DNA from: a virus
Lineage: Duplodnaviria; Caudoviricetes
Direction: 5' to 3' (one strand)
IMG/VR virus record: IMGVR_UViG_2767802050_000001
Coordinates: 7,077-71,076 of that record
Length of the DNA: 64,000 nt
Shown one piece after another: positions 47,619 through 56,188 of the stretch. The first letter of the stretch is position 1; each line of letters starts with the position of its first letter. A model generated the notes under the pieces. The model was not told the origin of the DNA, made no database searches, and was given only the letters and a program-made list of their open reading frames with translations. Position numbers and translations under genes: made by a program.

Positions 47619-48654
47619 TCCGTCTACCACCAGGCTGTCCCTGTACAAGTCCAAGTCGGACGGGTCCGAGCTGGTCAACTACACGCAGGACCTCGGCCAG
47701 AACTGGGACAAGGTCGATGCTGCGGCGGGTTTCCAGGCGGTCACCTCGTCGACCCGGCCCTCGTCCCCCTACAGCGGCAAGCCGATCATGGAGACGGACA
47801 CGTCGTACAGGACGTACTTCTCCAACGGCACCAGCCCGGCCAGCGCATCCTGGGTCGAAATCCCCAACGGCAGCGCCACCTACAACAGCACCCTCACCTT
47901 CGGCGCCACCAAACAGATCCGCTTCGGCGCTTCCGGCTCCGCCGCCAACCTCGCCACCCTCACCACCGCCACCACCGACGACATCCTCTCCACCCGCATC
48001 ACCGGCGACACCGCCTCCCGGTTCCTCCTCGAAGCCGACGGCGCCATGTGGTGGGGGCCCGGCGGATCCACCTCCGCCGATACCACCATCACCCGCACAG
48101 GAGTCGGCCGGCTCACCGTCGGCGGCACCAACCCCGCCCTGACCATCGGCACCGGCACCCTCCGGCCGATCCCCTCCTCGTCGACCACCGTCGCCAACAC
48201 TGTCAGTCAGTCCGTTCTCGCCGGGTACACCATTCCCGCATCCGACGCGGTTGCAGGGGCCGTGTACCGGATCAAGGCGTGGGGCACGCTCGCGGTGACG
48301 GGCACGCCGACGATGACGTTCGTATGCAAGCTCGGCGGGACAGTCGGCACGGCCATGGCCGTCTTCCCGGCCGTCACGGTCCGCTCGGGCGCAACGGACG
48401 GCACGTGGGAGGCCGAGTACTACATCGCCTGCGCCACCACGGGCGCCTCGGGGACGTGGTCGCCCATGGCGAAATACACCCACAACTGGCTCACCTCGGC
48501 GACCACCTACACACTCGTCGGCCCGATCACCTCCGCACCCGTCACCCGCGACACCACCATCAGCAACGACATGGTCCTGTGCGCGACCTGGAGTGCCGCG
48601 TCTGCATCGAACACGATCACGTGCCGCGGGTTCACCGCAGGACGCGTCGCCTAA
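47611..48654 (+). CDS. Tail fibre/receptor-binding protein
   Basis: TTRLSLYK...NWDKVDAA anchor; WGPGG...DT; Thr/Ser rich. Confidence 0.8.
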   Translation: MPDPSTTRLSLYKSKSDGSELVNYTQDLGQNWDKVDAAAGFQAVTSSTRPSSPYSGKPIMETDTSYRTYFSNGTSPASASWVEIPNGSATYNSTLTFGATKQIRFGASGSAANLATLTTATTDDILSTRITGDTASRFLLEADGAMWWGPGGSTSADTTITRTGVGRLTVGGTNPALTIGTGTLRPIPSSSTTVANTVSQSVLAGYTIPASDAVAGAVYRIKAWGTLAVTGTPTMTFVCKLGGTVGTAMAVFPAVTVRSGATDGTWEAEYYIACATTGASGTWSPMAKYTHNWLTSATTYTLVGPITSAPVTRDTTISNDMVLCATWSAASASNTITCRGFTAGRVA

Positions 48655-48899
48655 GCGCCGTCGCCCATCGGGAACGGCGGCACCGCCGCGAGATCCGGGC
48701 CGCCGCTCGCCGGCCTGCTCTCGTCGGCGGCTTCCTTCAGGCGGGTGTTCTCCTCCTGCGCCTCCGCAAGCTGCCGCTCCAGGAACGCGACGTGCGACCG
48801 CGCGAGGAGCATTTCGTCGTGGAGTTCCCGGCACCGCTGCTGGAAGACCGGGAAGGCGTCCTCGACGGGGATCGTCTGTTTGTCCTGCCGCTGGCCCAT
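48651..48899 (-). CDS. Hypothetical coiled-coil protein
   Basis: TGATG coupling with upstream gene. Confidence 0.65.
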   Translation of the reverse strand: MGQRQDKQTIPVEDAFPVFQQRCRELHDEMLLARSHVAFLERQLAEAQEENTRLKEAADESRPASGGPDLAAVPPFPMGDGA

Positions 48900-49762
48900 C
48901 AGGCGACCGCCTTGTCTGCGAGGTCCCGGTACCGGTCCAGGATGTTGGTGGGGTTCAGGAATGCGTGCTGGGTGAAGAAGCTCAGGTGGCTGACGATCGC
49001 GTCAGCGCGCACCACGTTCGACGCGCCGGTGGCGAGCGGCCGGTGGATGGTGTGCCACGACTCCTCCTCATCCGGGACGAGGACGCCCGGCTGCTCCAGT
49101 CCGGCGTACATGCTGCCGAGGCTGGCGAAGCAGGACACGGAGAACTGGGTGCCGGGCGGGAGCTGGAAGTCGTGGTGCAGGTACAGATCCTCGACCGTGC
49201 CTGCCTCGATGTGCGACAGCAGCAGCTCGTGCAGCTTGACCGCGAAGGGGCCGTTGGCCCAGCCGACGGGGTCCATGCAGTACATGCCGACCTCGCCCCA
49301 CTCGCGGGGGATCTTCCCGCAGGCCTGGAGGAAGTACGAGCAGATGGCGTTGTTGATGATGATGGGGAACACCGCGGTGGGGGCGGGCATCTCCAGCCGG
49401 GCGCGCACGAGGTTCTCGACGGCGTTCTCGTGCAGGTAGACCAGATCGTCGTCGAGCCTCAAGTAGACCGCGTTGGGGTCGACCATCTCCCGGTAGGCGA
49501 GCCCGGTGTACCTCTGCTTGGGGAGGTTGCCGAGGTCGACACCGTCGGGCCGGTGCTTGAGGTGGAACCAGTCGAACCGTTCGGCGAGTTCGTGAGCGTA
49601 TGCGATGTCCGTCTCCTGGCCCACGGGGTCCGTGTTCATGTACGCCCAGACCTCGTCGATGAGGCCACGGCGGACGTCTCGTTCCAGGTACTTGATCAGG
49701 ATGCTGTACGTCCGGACTCGTCCGTAGGGTGTCCAGGCGATGACGGGGCGGCCGTCGATCAT
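48899..49762 (-). CDS. Putative GT-A fold glycosyltransferase
   Basis: VIAWTPYGR...YLRLDDDLVYL (DxD). Confidence 0.65.
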   Translation of the reverse strand: MIDGRPVIAWTPYGRVRTYSILIKYLERDVRRGLIDEVWAYMNTDPVGQETDIAYAHELAERFDWFHLKHRPDGVDLGNLPKQRYTGLAYREMVDPNAVYLRLDDDLVYLHENAVENLVRARLEMPAPTAVFPIIINNAICSYFLQACGKIPREWGEVGMYCMDPVGWANGPFAVKLHELLLSHIEAGTVEDLYLHHDFQLPPGTQFSVSCFASLGSMYAGLEQPGVLVPDEEESWHTIHRPLATGASNVVRADAIVSHLSFFTQHAFLNPTNILDRYRDLADKAVA

Positions 49763-49995
49763 GGGGTGTCTCCTTCGGTGCTGGCGCGCTGCGCCTTCGG
49801 GTCGATGAGGTCGGCGGCGTAGCCCATGCCATTGAAGAAGTGGTGGCCGCTCTCCAGCGAAGTGGTGCCCCGCTCCGCGCGGATCTGCTCGGCGAGTTCG
49901 TGAGTGAAGGCGTCCACCAGTTCTTGGGCGCGCTCGTCGTCCATGTACAGGTGGTTGTGCGTCATCTCCCGCAGGAGCTCATCACGGGCGCTCAC
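49759..49995 (-). CDS. Hypothetical protein
   Basis: ELVDAFTHELAEQIR...AADLIDP. Confidence 0.65.
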   Translation of the reverse strand: MSARDELLREMTHNHLYMDDERAQELVDAFTHELAEQIRAERGTTSLESGHHFFNGMGYAADLIDPKAQRASTEGDTP

Positions 49996-50750
49996 GACGT
50001 CCTCCTGCTGGTGCGGTGCTTCGGCGGCCACTGCCGGGACTCGGCCGTCCATGGCAGGTCGGGGTGCAGGCGGGCGAGGAGGTCGACGGTCGCCGCGTGA
50101 TGCTCGGCGCGGGCGTCCGACAGTTGCCCGGGGTGGACGCGCACGAAGTACAGCGGCGTCTCCACCACCGCGTACTGGGTGTATCCGGCCTTCCAGACGC
50201 GGATCCACCAGTCCCAATCCTCCGCCGTCCCGTAGGTGCCGGGCGGGGTCGCCTTCGCGCTGTACCCGCCGAGGGATTCCCATACCTCACGCCGGATGAG
50301 GGCCTTGTCGATGAGCGGCGGCCACTGCGCGAAGTCATCGAGGGTGGCGTCCGGCAGGCTGGCCTGTACGTGGTCGGCCTCGCCGAACTGCTGCGCATAC
50401 GGCACCACGAAGTCCCGGCCCCCGTCCCCGTACATTGCGGCGACGCAGCGGGCGATGCACTCCGGATGCAGCTTGTCGTCTGCGGACGCAGTGAACAACG
50501 CCTCACAACCGTCGTCGAGCGCCAGCCCGGCGGCGGCATTGAGACTGCCGGCCCAACCAAGGCGCTTCCGGTTTCGTTTGAGGCCGGCCCAGCAGTCGGG
50601 GTTCTGCTTGAGCCAGTCGTAGGTGCCGTCGTCGCCGCGGTCTTCGGCGATGTACGTGTGTACGGGGTGGGTCTGGACTCTGAGGCTGCCGAGCATGGTG
50701 GCGAGGTACGGCAACGCGTTGCGGGCGGGGATGATGACGCCGACTTTCAC
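49992..50750 (-). CDS. Glycosyltransferase family 2
   Basis: VIIPARNALPYL...EDRGDDGT...SADD...LGGY...EDWDWWIR. Confidence 0.9.
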   Translation of the reverse strand: MKVGVIIPARNALPYLATMLGSLRVQTHPVHTYIAEDRGDDGTYDWLKQNPDCWAGLKRNRKRLGWAGSLNAAAGLALDDGCEALFTASADDKLHPECIARCVAAMYGDGGRDFVVPYAQQFGEADHVQASLPDATLDDFAQWPPLIDKALIRREVWESLGGYSAKATPPGTYGTAEDWDWWIRVWKAGYTQYAVVETPLYFVRVHPGQLSDARAEHHAATVDLLARLHPDLPWTAESRQWPPKHRTSRRTS

Positions 50751-51613
50751 CACTGGTCTCCGATCCAGGCGAGGGTCTGGCGGAGGCCGTCGAGCCAGCT
50801 TGTGGTGGGCGTCCAGCCTCGGACGGCGGTGATGGCGGTGTTGTCGGTGACGACGCGCTGGAGGTCGCCGGGGAGGCGTTCGTCGTGGACGACGTCCGGG
50901 CGGGTGCCGGTGTCTGCTTCCCACAGTTTGAGGAGGTCGAGGAGGCTGAGTTCGTTCTCTGCGCCGCCGCCGACGTCGTAGGGCTCGGCGCTGCGGTAGT
51001 CGTCGAAGTTCTCTGCGATGTCGACGAGGAGCGTGGTGAAGTCGTCGATGTGGAGGATGTCGCGGGATTGGGTGCCGTCGCCGTGGACGGTGATCTGCTG
51101 CCGGTTGTAGAGGGCGCGGAGGAACCAGGTCACCCAGCCGCTCTCCGCCGTGCCGTCTTGTCCGGGCCCGTAGACGGTGGAGGGGCGGAGGATGACGGAC
51201 GGCAGGCCGTACAGGTCGTCGTAGAGGCGGAGGTAGTCCTCGCCGATCCGCTTCGACAGGCCGAGGGGAGCCACCTTGCCGTCGGCGCCCGGGTGCACCT
51301 TGACCGTGGACGTGTAGATGACCGGGATGTTTCCGGCCGCGCGGGCCGCCTGGCAGACGTTGAAGGTGCCGACGGCGTTGTGGTGGAAGTCCCAGCCCGG
51401 GTCGCCGAGGCTGACTTGGGTAGAGCAGGACGCGCCAAGGTGGGCGATGACGTCGGGTTGGGCGGCGTCGACGGTTTGTTGGAAGGCGGGCAGGTCGGTG
51501 GTCGGCCGCCCGTGCTTCCTGTCCACCCCAGTGACCCGGTGGCCGCGTCGGGTGAGGGCGCGGACGAGGTGGCTGCCGATGAACCCGGACGCCCCGGTGA
51601 CGAGGATGTTCAC
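50747..51613 (-). CDS. NAD-dependent NDP-sugar epimerase/dehydratase (extended SDR)
   Basis: ILVTGASGFIGSHL, HLGA, VYGPGQ, GDGTQSRD; YxxxK reads LGLSK. Confidence 0.9.
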   Translation of the reverse strand: MNILVTGASGFIGSHLVRALTRRGHRVTGVDRKHGRPTTDLPAFQQTVDAAQPDVIAHLGASCSTQVSLGDPGWDFHHNAVGTFNVCQAARAAGNIPVIYTSTVKVHPGADGKVAPLGLSKRIGEDYLRLYDDLYGLPSVILRPSTVYGPGQDGTAESGWVTWFLRALYNRQQITVHGDGTQSRDILHIDDFTTLLVDIAENFDDYRSAEPYDVGGGAENELSLLDLLKLWEADTGTRPDVVHDERLPGDLQRVVTDNTAITAVRGWTPTTSWLDGLRQTLAWIGDQW

Positions 51614-51807
51614 GACTCGGCTGCCTCCTGCCAGGAGACGCGATCCGGCAGTTTGTCCTCGACCTCGATAGCGACGAGCGCGGCGAGGAAGTGGGCCTGC
51701 GCCTGGGCGGCAAGGATCTGACATTCCTCTGGCTGGAAGGCAACGCTGGACGCGCAGGAATCAGCGAGGAGCCGCTTCCCCTCACGAAGATGCTCAGGCC
51801 CGTTCAC
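51610..51807 (-). CDS. Hypothetical protein
   Basis: GPEHLREG...AQAQAH. Confidence 0.65.
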   Translation of the reverse strand: MNGPEHLREGKRLLADSCASSVAFQPEECQILAAQAQAHFLAALVAIEVEDKLPDRVSWQEAAES

Positions 51808-51811
51808 GGCA

Positions 51812-52009
51812 TCACCCTTCATCGACGGCCAGCACGTACTGTCCGTCCCCGTCGTCGCCGATCCAGCGCACGGTGTAGAAGTCGCCGTTCGGCAGGGTGA
51901 CGCTCAGGCTGACGGCATTGAATCGGCATCCCGTCTCCTTGGTGGCTTCGGTGAGTCGACGTAGTGCGATCGTGGCGAGTACGAGATCGTCTGCGCTGAG
52001 GGTGCTCAC
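51812..52009 (-). CDS. Hypothetical protein
   Basis: GTGA overlap. Confidence 0.55.
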   Translation of the reverse strand: MSTLSADDLVLATIALRRLTEATKETGCRFNAVSLSVTLPNGDFYTVRWIGDDGDGQYVLAVDEG

Positions 52010-52419
52010 GGCTTCCACCTCTCGTCGTAGTCCGGGTGTGCGGCGAACGGGGCGGCGAGGAGTCGGAGTGTCCGGCAGGGGTGCCGTTGCGGGCTGCTGC
52101 CGCCGTGGGTGGGGTAACCCCAGCGACCAGTGACGCAGATACCGCAGTCACCATCGTTCACGTCGGGGTGCTCATCGACGATGGCGCGCTTCGCTGCGAC
52201 GTCGGCGAGGACACGGGACGGGTTCTGGCGAGCGATATGCTCCGCGACGAGCCAGTTCAGCCCGTCTGCGACGAGCCGGACGCCCGGGAAGGTGTGGACG
52301 CTGCACGGCTGGGTCGGGTCGACCGCATTGCCGATGTACCACGGCCCCGGCGGTGCCTCACGGGCCAGCGCCTCGTCCTCGTCCAGCCGTGCCCGCAGGA
52401 ACTCCACCAGCCCGCTCAC
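52006..52419 (-). CDS. DUF6221-family protein (second copy)
   Basis: LVEFLRARLDEDE...PSRVLADVAAKRAIV...TLRLLAAPFAAHPDYDERW. Confidence 0.85.
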   Translation of the reverse strand: MSGLVEFLRARLDEDEALAREAPPGPWYIGNAVDPTQPCSVHTFPGVRLVADGLNWLVAEHIARQNPSRVLADVAAKRAIVDEHPDVNDGDCGICVTGRWGYPTHGGSSPQRHPCRTLRLLAAPFAAHPDYDERWKP

Positions 52420-52606
52420 GCCGCCACCTCCGCGCGTGCGAGCCACGACCATGCGGCAGGCTCCAAGTCCTCATCCTCATCCGCGCTGTCGAACTGTCGA
52501 ACCAGGAGTCCAAGCACCTCTTACACAGCGGGAAGCTGTAGCCGGTCCGGGTCCTCCAACACGCGACGGTCGGACCGCAGCTATCGAGGTTGCAGGCACA
52601 GTTCAC
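52416..52606 (-). pseudogene. Small Cys protein frameshifted by an 8-bp tandem duplication
   Basis: CTGTCGAA x2 at 52486-52501; removing one copy gives a 60-aa ORF ending WFDSADEDEDLEPAAWSWLARAEVAA with GTGA overlaps at both ends. Confidence 0.7.
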
Positions 52607-53613
52607 GCCGTCACCTCCTGCGGTGCGCGGACGGCTGCTTCCCACTGGTGGTGCAACGCCTGCATGATCGACCCGGATGCTTCCCCGCGCGCCGTCATCC
52701 CGATCCGCTGACGGAGCTCCGGGTCGTCCACGAGCCGCTTCAACAGACGGCCCCACTCGTGCTCATACCGGACCAAAAACCCGTTCTCCCCGTGCCGGAT
52801 CACCGCCCGATACGCCGGCGTGTCTGACGCGATCAGGGGGATCCCCAGCACGCTGGACTCCAGCCACTTCGTCGGGAACTTCGCCGAATTGAACGCCGTC
52901 CCCCGGTACGGCGCCACCCACACATCGAACTCCGACACGGCGTGCAAGTAGTGCTCGATCCGCTCCACCCAACCCAACGCACCGACCTGGCGGCCCTTCA
53001 ACCCCAACCCCATCGCCTGCCCGGCGTCGATCCCCACCAACCGCACCTGCACACCACCCGGCCGCGAGTACTGCGAGATCCGATTCAACGCGCGCACGGC
53101 TTCCGGCAACTCCGCCACCGTGCTGGACGTCCCCGCCCAGCCCACATACAGCGGCCGGCCCTCCGCCGTGTAGTCGCGCGGCCGGCCAAGGTACTGCGCC
53201 GGCAGACCGTTCGGAATCACCCGCACGTCGGGCGCGTAGTCCCGCAGCACCGCGGCGAGCGGCTCGGAGCAGCAGGTGACGAGATCCGCGATGCCCATGT
53301 TGTGGGCGAGTCGGCCGAGCATGTCCCGGTCCCACACTTCGCAGGCCCGCGTGTTGGAGGGGTCGAGGTGGAAGTAGTCGTCGTCGAGGTCGAGGATCAA
53401 CCTCTTGCCCTCGTCCTTCAACTTGAGCCACATGCGGGACGGGTCGTGTTGGGCGACGCGGCAGCCGACGATGGTGTCGTAGGACTGCCAGTTCTGCGGG
53501 AGTCGCGGGTGGTGGGTGGCGGTGTGGCCGAGCCACGTGAGGCTCATCGCAGGCATCACGGCCCGGTACCACGCGGAACCCGCCATGTCGGCAGACCAGA
53601 AGTGAACGCGCAC
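52603..53613 (-). CDS. Glycosyltransferase, GT-B fold (GT4-like)
   Basis: WYRA..P, DLDDD, VIPNGL, VGWAG, KWLE...GIP.IASD..AY..VIRHGENGFLV. Confidence 0.9.
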   Translation of the reverse strand: MRVHFWSADMAGSAWYRAVMPAMSLTWLGHTATHHPRLPQNWQSYDTIVGCRVAQHDPSRMWLKLKDEGKRLILDLDDDYFHLDPSNTRACEVWDRDMLGRLAHNMGIADLVTCCSEPLAAVLRDYAPDVRVIPNGLPAQYLGRPRDYTAEGRPLYVGWAGTSSTVAELPEAVRALNRISQYSRPGGVQVRLVGIDAGQAMGLGLKGRQVGALGWVERIEHYLHAVSEFDVWVAPYRGTAFNSAKFPTKWLESSVLGIPLIASDTPAYRAVIRHGENGFLVRYEHEWGRLLKRLVDDPELRQRIGMTARGEASGSIMQALHHQWEAAVRAPQEVTA

Positions 53614-53614
53614 G

Positions 53615-53950
53615 TCAGCCCCCGTCCCCCACGGCCTGTTTCACATCGGTGACGATCCGGCGGGTGATCTCGTTGATCTCCTTGTCGCCGAGATAGACCC
53701 GCACCTGTGCAGGCCTGGCCTCCATCTCAGCCAAGGGCAGCGAAGCGTTCCCAGGGATCTCCATGGTCTCCGGGGTGACGATCACACCCCGCGCACCGAT
53801 GCGGTCGGCGAGAGCCTGCCAGTAGTCGCCATAGGAGTCGTCAGCTCCGAGAGCGATGCGCTGCGGAACGCACTCGTCCACGACGAGGATGAACGGCGGC
53901 CGGTCGTCCCCGGGGCCGGAGGGAAGTTCGAGGATCTGCAAGCGGGCCAC
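53615..53950 (-). CDS. Hypothetical protein
   Basis: ARLQILELP...PFILVVD; RBS AAGGAGG. Confidence 0.7.
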   Translation of the reverse strand: MARLQILELPSGPGDDRPPFILVVDECVPQRIALGADDSYGDYWQALADRIGARGVIVTPETMEIPGNASLPLAEMEARPAQVRVYLGDKEINEITRRIVTDVKQAVGDGG

Positions 53951-53966
53951 AGCCGCCTCCTTCAGG

Positions 53967-54917
53967 TCAGGCGGTCTTGTAGGTGGGGAGCCAGGACTCG
54001 TTGTAGTAGTCGACGGTGCGGCGGATGCCCTCGTCGAGGGGGATGAAGTCGGCGGCGGTCATCCCGATCTGCTGCAGCGTCGCGGTGTCGGAGGTGACGA
54101 CTGCGTTGGGGACCTCGCCCGGTCGCATCGGCAGATGCGTGATCCCGACGGGCTCGCGGCCGGTGACCTTAGCCGCGTACTCGGCGACCAGGCGGGCGAT
54201 GTCGTTGACGGTGACCGACTCCAGCGGCCCGACCTCGACTGGGCGCTCGGTGGGCCCGTGCTGCTCGGTGTGCTCCAGCGCGGTCACGAACGCGCGGGCG
54301 ACGTCCTCGACGTACACGCAGTCGGACACCTGCGTGCCGTCGCCGTACACCTCGATGTCCGCACCGGTCAGAGCGCGGCACGTCAGAGCGGGAAGGATCT
54401 TGCGAACTCGCGAGGTGCCGTAAGGCGCTGCGATGGACTGCCCTGGACCGTAGGCGTTCACCGGCCGGACGATCGAGATCCGGCCGCCCCGGTAGGCGTT
54501 GAACATCCGGACGTAGTCCTCGGCCGCCGTCTTGCTGATCGTGTACGAGCCCGTGCCGATGTCCCTCATAAAGGCGTTGCCGACGCCGGCGTACACGGCC
54601 GGGAGCCCGTACTGGTTGGCCGCCTCGAACACGTTCAGGCTGCCCCGGATGTTCGTCTCCGCCGAGGGCCGCGGGTTCCCGATCGTCTCCTGCGTCCCCA
54701 GCACTGCCGCGAGGTGAATGATGCCCTCGACGTGCGCGGCGAGTTCGACGACCGCGGTCTCATCGCGGACGTCGCCAAGGAAGAAGGTCTCGCCGGCTGC
54801 CATCTCGGTGTGGGGGTGGCGGTCGAAGACGACGACTTCGTGGCCGCGGGAGAGGAGTTCGCGCCTCAGGTACGAACCGATGAATCCCTGGCCGCCGGTT
54901 ACGCCGTACACGCTCAT
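53967..54917 (-). CDS. NAD-dependent NDP-sugar epimerase/dehydratase
   Basis: GVTGGQGFIG, HLAA, YTISK, NAYGPGQ, GDGTQ..DC.YVED. Confidence 0.92.
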   Translation of the reverse strand: MSVYGVTGGQGFIGSYLRRELLSRGHEVVVFDRHPHTEMAAGETFFLGDVRDETAVVELAAHVEGIIHLAAVLGTQETIGNPRPSAETNIRGSLNVFEAANQYGLPAVYAGVGNAFMRDIGTGSYTISKTAAEDYVRMFNAYRGGRISIVRPVNAYGPGQSIAAPYGTSRVRKILPALTCRALTGADIEVYGDGTQVSDCVYVEDVARAFVTALEHTEQHGPTERPVEVGPLESVTVNDIARLVAEYAAKVTGREPVGITHLPMRPGEVPNAVVTSDTATLQQIGMTAADFIPLDEGIRRTVDYYNESWLPTYKTA

Positions 54918-55063
54918 GCGCTGTTCTCCTTGTCGTTGTGCCCGCAGTTGGGGCAGGGGTTGGCGGGCTGGTGCTTGGCTTTGGCGGTGTCGCGGACGGC
55001 GGTGATGGCGCTGATCGCGACGAGCATCGCGGCGATGATCGCGGTGATGTAGACGGCGGTCAT
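54914..55063 (-). CDS. Small TM + CxxC protein
   Basis: MTAVYITAIIAAML...CPNCGH. Confidence 0.6.
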   Translation of the reverse strand: MTAVYITAIIAAMLVAISAITAVRDTAKAKHQPANPCPNCGHNDKENSA

Positions 55064-55179
55064 CGCTGCTCCTTCGGGGCGGGCCGCGCGTGTGGGCAGG
55101 TCTTGCAGTGGCCGCATTGGGTGTGGCCGTCGGGGCAGTCGCAGCGGGGGCAGCGGGTACCGGTGTCCTGGGGGTTCAC
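55060..55179 (-). CDS. Cys-rich micropeptide
   Basis: CPRCDCPDGHTQCGHCKTCPH; 4-bp overlaps both ends. Confidence 0.55.
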   Translation of the reverse strand: MNPQDTGTRCPRCDCPDGHTQCGHCKTCPHARPAPKEQR

Positions 55180-55637
55180 GGCGTCTCCTCGTTCCATCGC
55201 ATGTCGCGGATCGCGTGGACGTAGACGGGCCTGCCGAACTGCTCGGGCAGGGCCACGCGGGCGCGGGGGTAGGTGCGGTACCGCTCCAGGTCGAAGGTGC
55301 ATACGGCGTCCGTGCCGCGTCCGTCAGGGTCGGGCCCATAGCGGACGGGCCAGCATGCGACGAGACGGCGGGCGTACCAGCGGCGGGCGTGGCGCTTCTT
55401 CCACATCTGCCAGGTGGAGGCGGGGATCTCGTGGGTGATACGGGTTCGCTGGGTGAGCGTCTCGGGTGGCAGGTCGTCGGTGAGGATATTCGCTCGTAGC
55501 TGGAAGAGCCGTTGGCCGAAGATCTCCTGGCGCACCGCGACGTCCACGTCGAAGAAGAGGCCTTCGTCGACCAGGAACTGCTGCGCGAACCGCTTGAACG
55601 AGAGCGCGATGCGCTCCTCTTCGTAGTCCGGGGTCAT
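55176..55637 (-). CDS. Hypothetical protein
   Basis: ATGA overlap; PASTWQMWK. Confidence 0.65.
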   Translation of the reverse strand: MTPDYEEERIALSFKRFAQQFLVDEGLFFDVDVAVRQEIFGQRLFQLRANILTDDLPPETLTQRTRITHEIPASTWQMWKKRHARRWYARRLVACWPVRYGPDPDGRGTDAVCTFDLERYRTYPRARVALPEQFGRPVYVHAIRDMRWNEETP

Positions 55638-55743
55638 CGGCTGCTCCATGCGGCGGCGGTCGACGGCGTGTTGACGGTGACGTCGAGGGTGGGGGTGATG
55701 ACGGTGATCGAGAACCAGAACGCCAGCCCGGCGCACACGGCCC

Positions 55744-56019
55744 TCACGACTCGCCTGCTTCGGCGTCGGCTACGTCGGCGCGGTAGCGGGTGAGGGCGTA
55801 GTCGAGGAGTCCCATGACGCGGTGGTAGGGCACGTTGCCGCCGCCGTCGGGGAGGGTGATGCCGACCTGGGTGATGCCGTCGCCGTCGCTGTCGAAGTGC
55901 TGGGCGGCGAAGACGATGACCCATTCGGTGAGGACGCCTTCGGCGCCTTCGAGGCGCGCGACTTCTTCGATGCTCTGCGTGAGTCGCTCGTAGGCGGCTT
56001 TGAGATCGGGGTCGCTCAT
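55744..56019 (-). CDS. Hypothetical protein, first gene of leftward operon
   Basis: RBS AGGAG; VLTEWVIV...HRVMGLL. Confidence 0.7.
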   Translation of the reverse strand: MSDPDLKAAYERLTQSIEEVARLEGAEGVLTEWVIVFAAQHFDSDGDGITQVGITLPDGGGNVPYHRVMGLLDYALTRYRADVADAEAGES

Positions 56020-56119
56020 TGGCCTGCTCCTGCGGGTTGGTTGCGGGTTGTGGGCGGCAGGGGTCAACCCGCAAAGGTCCCCTGCCGCCGGTCCCTCTGA
56101 GAGGACCGTAAGCACTGTA

Positions 56120-56168
56120 CCTACGATTCGTCGGAATTTGGAAACGTGGGCCTATGATTCGAAGGTAC
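56120..56168 (+). promoter_or_regulatory. Late motif copy 3 plus partial copy
   Basis: CCTATGATTCGAAGGTAC 56151-56168; CCTACGATTCG 56120-56130. Confidence 0.6.
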
Positions 56169-56188
56169 CTACGGTGCGGAGGACGCCC

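Noticed and set aside
44216-48654. Diversity-generating retroelement acting on tail genes
   Set aside because: No reverse transcriptase and no template/variable repeat pair seen in the window
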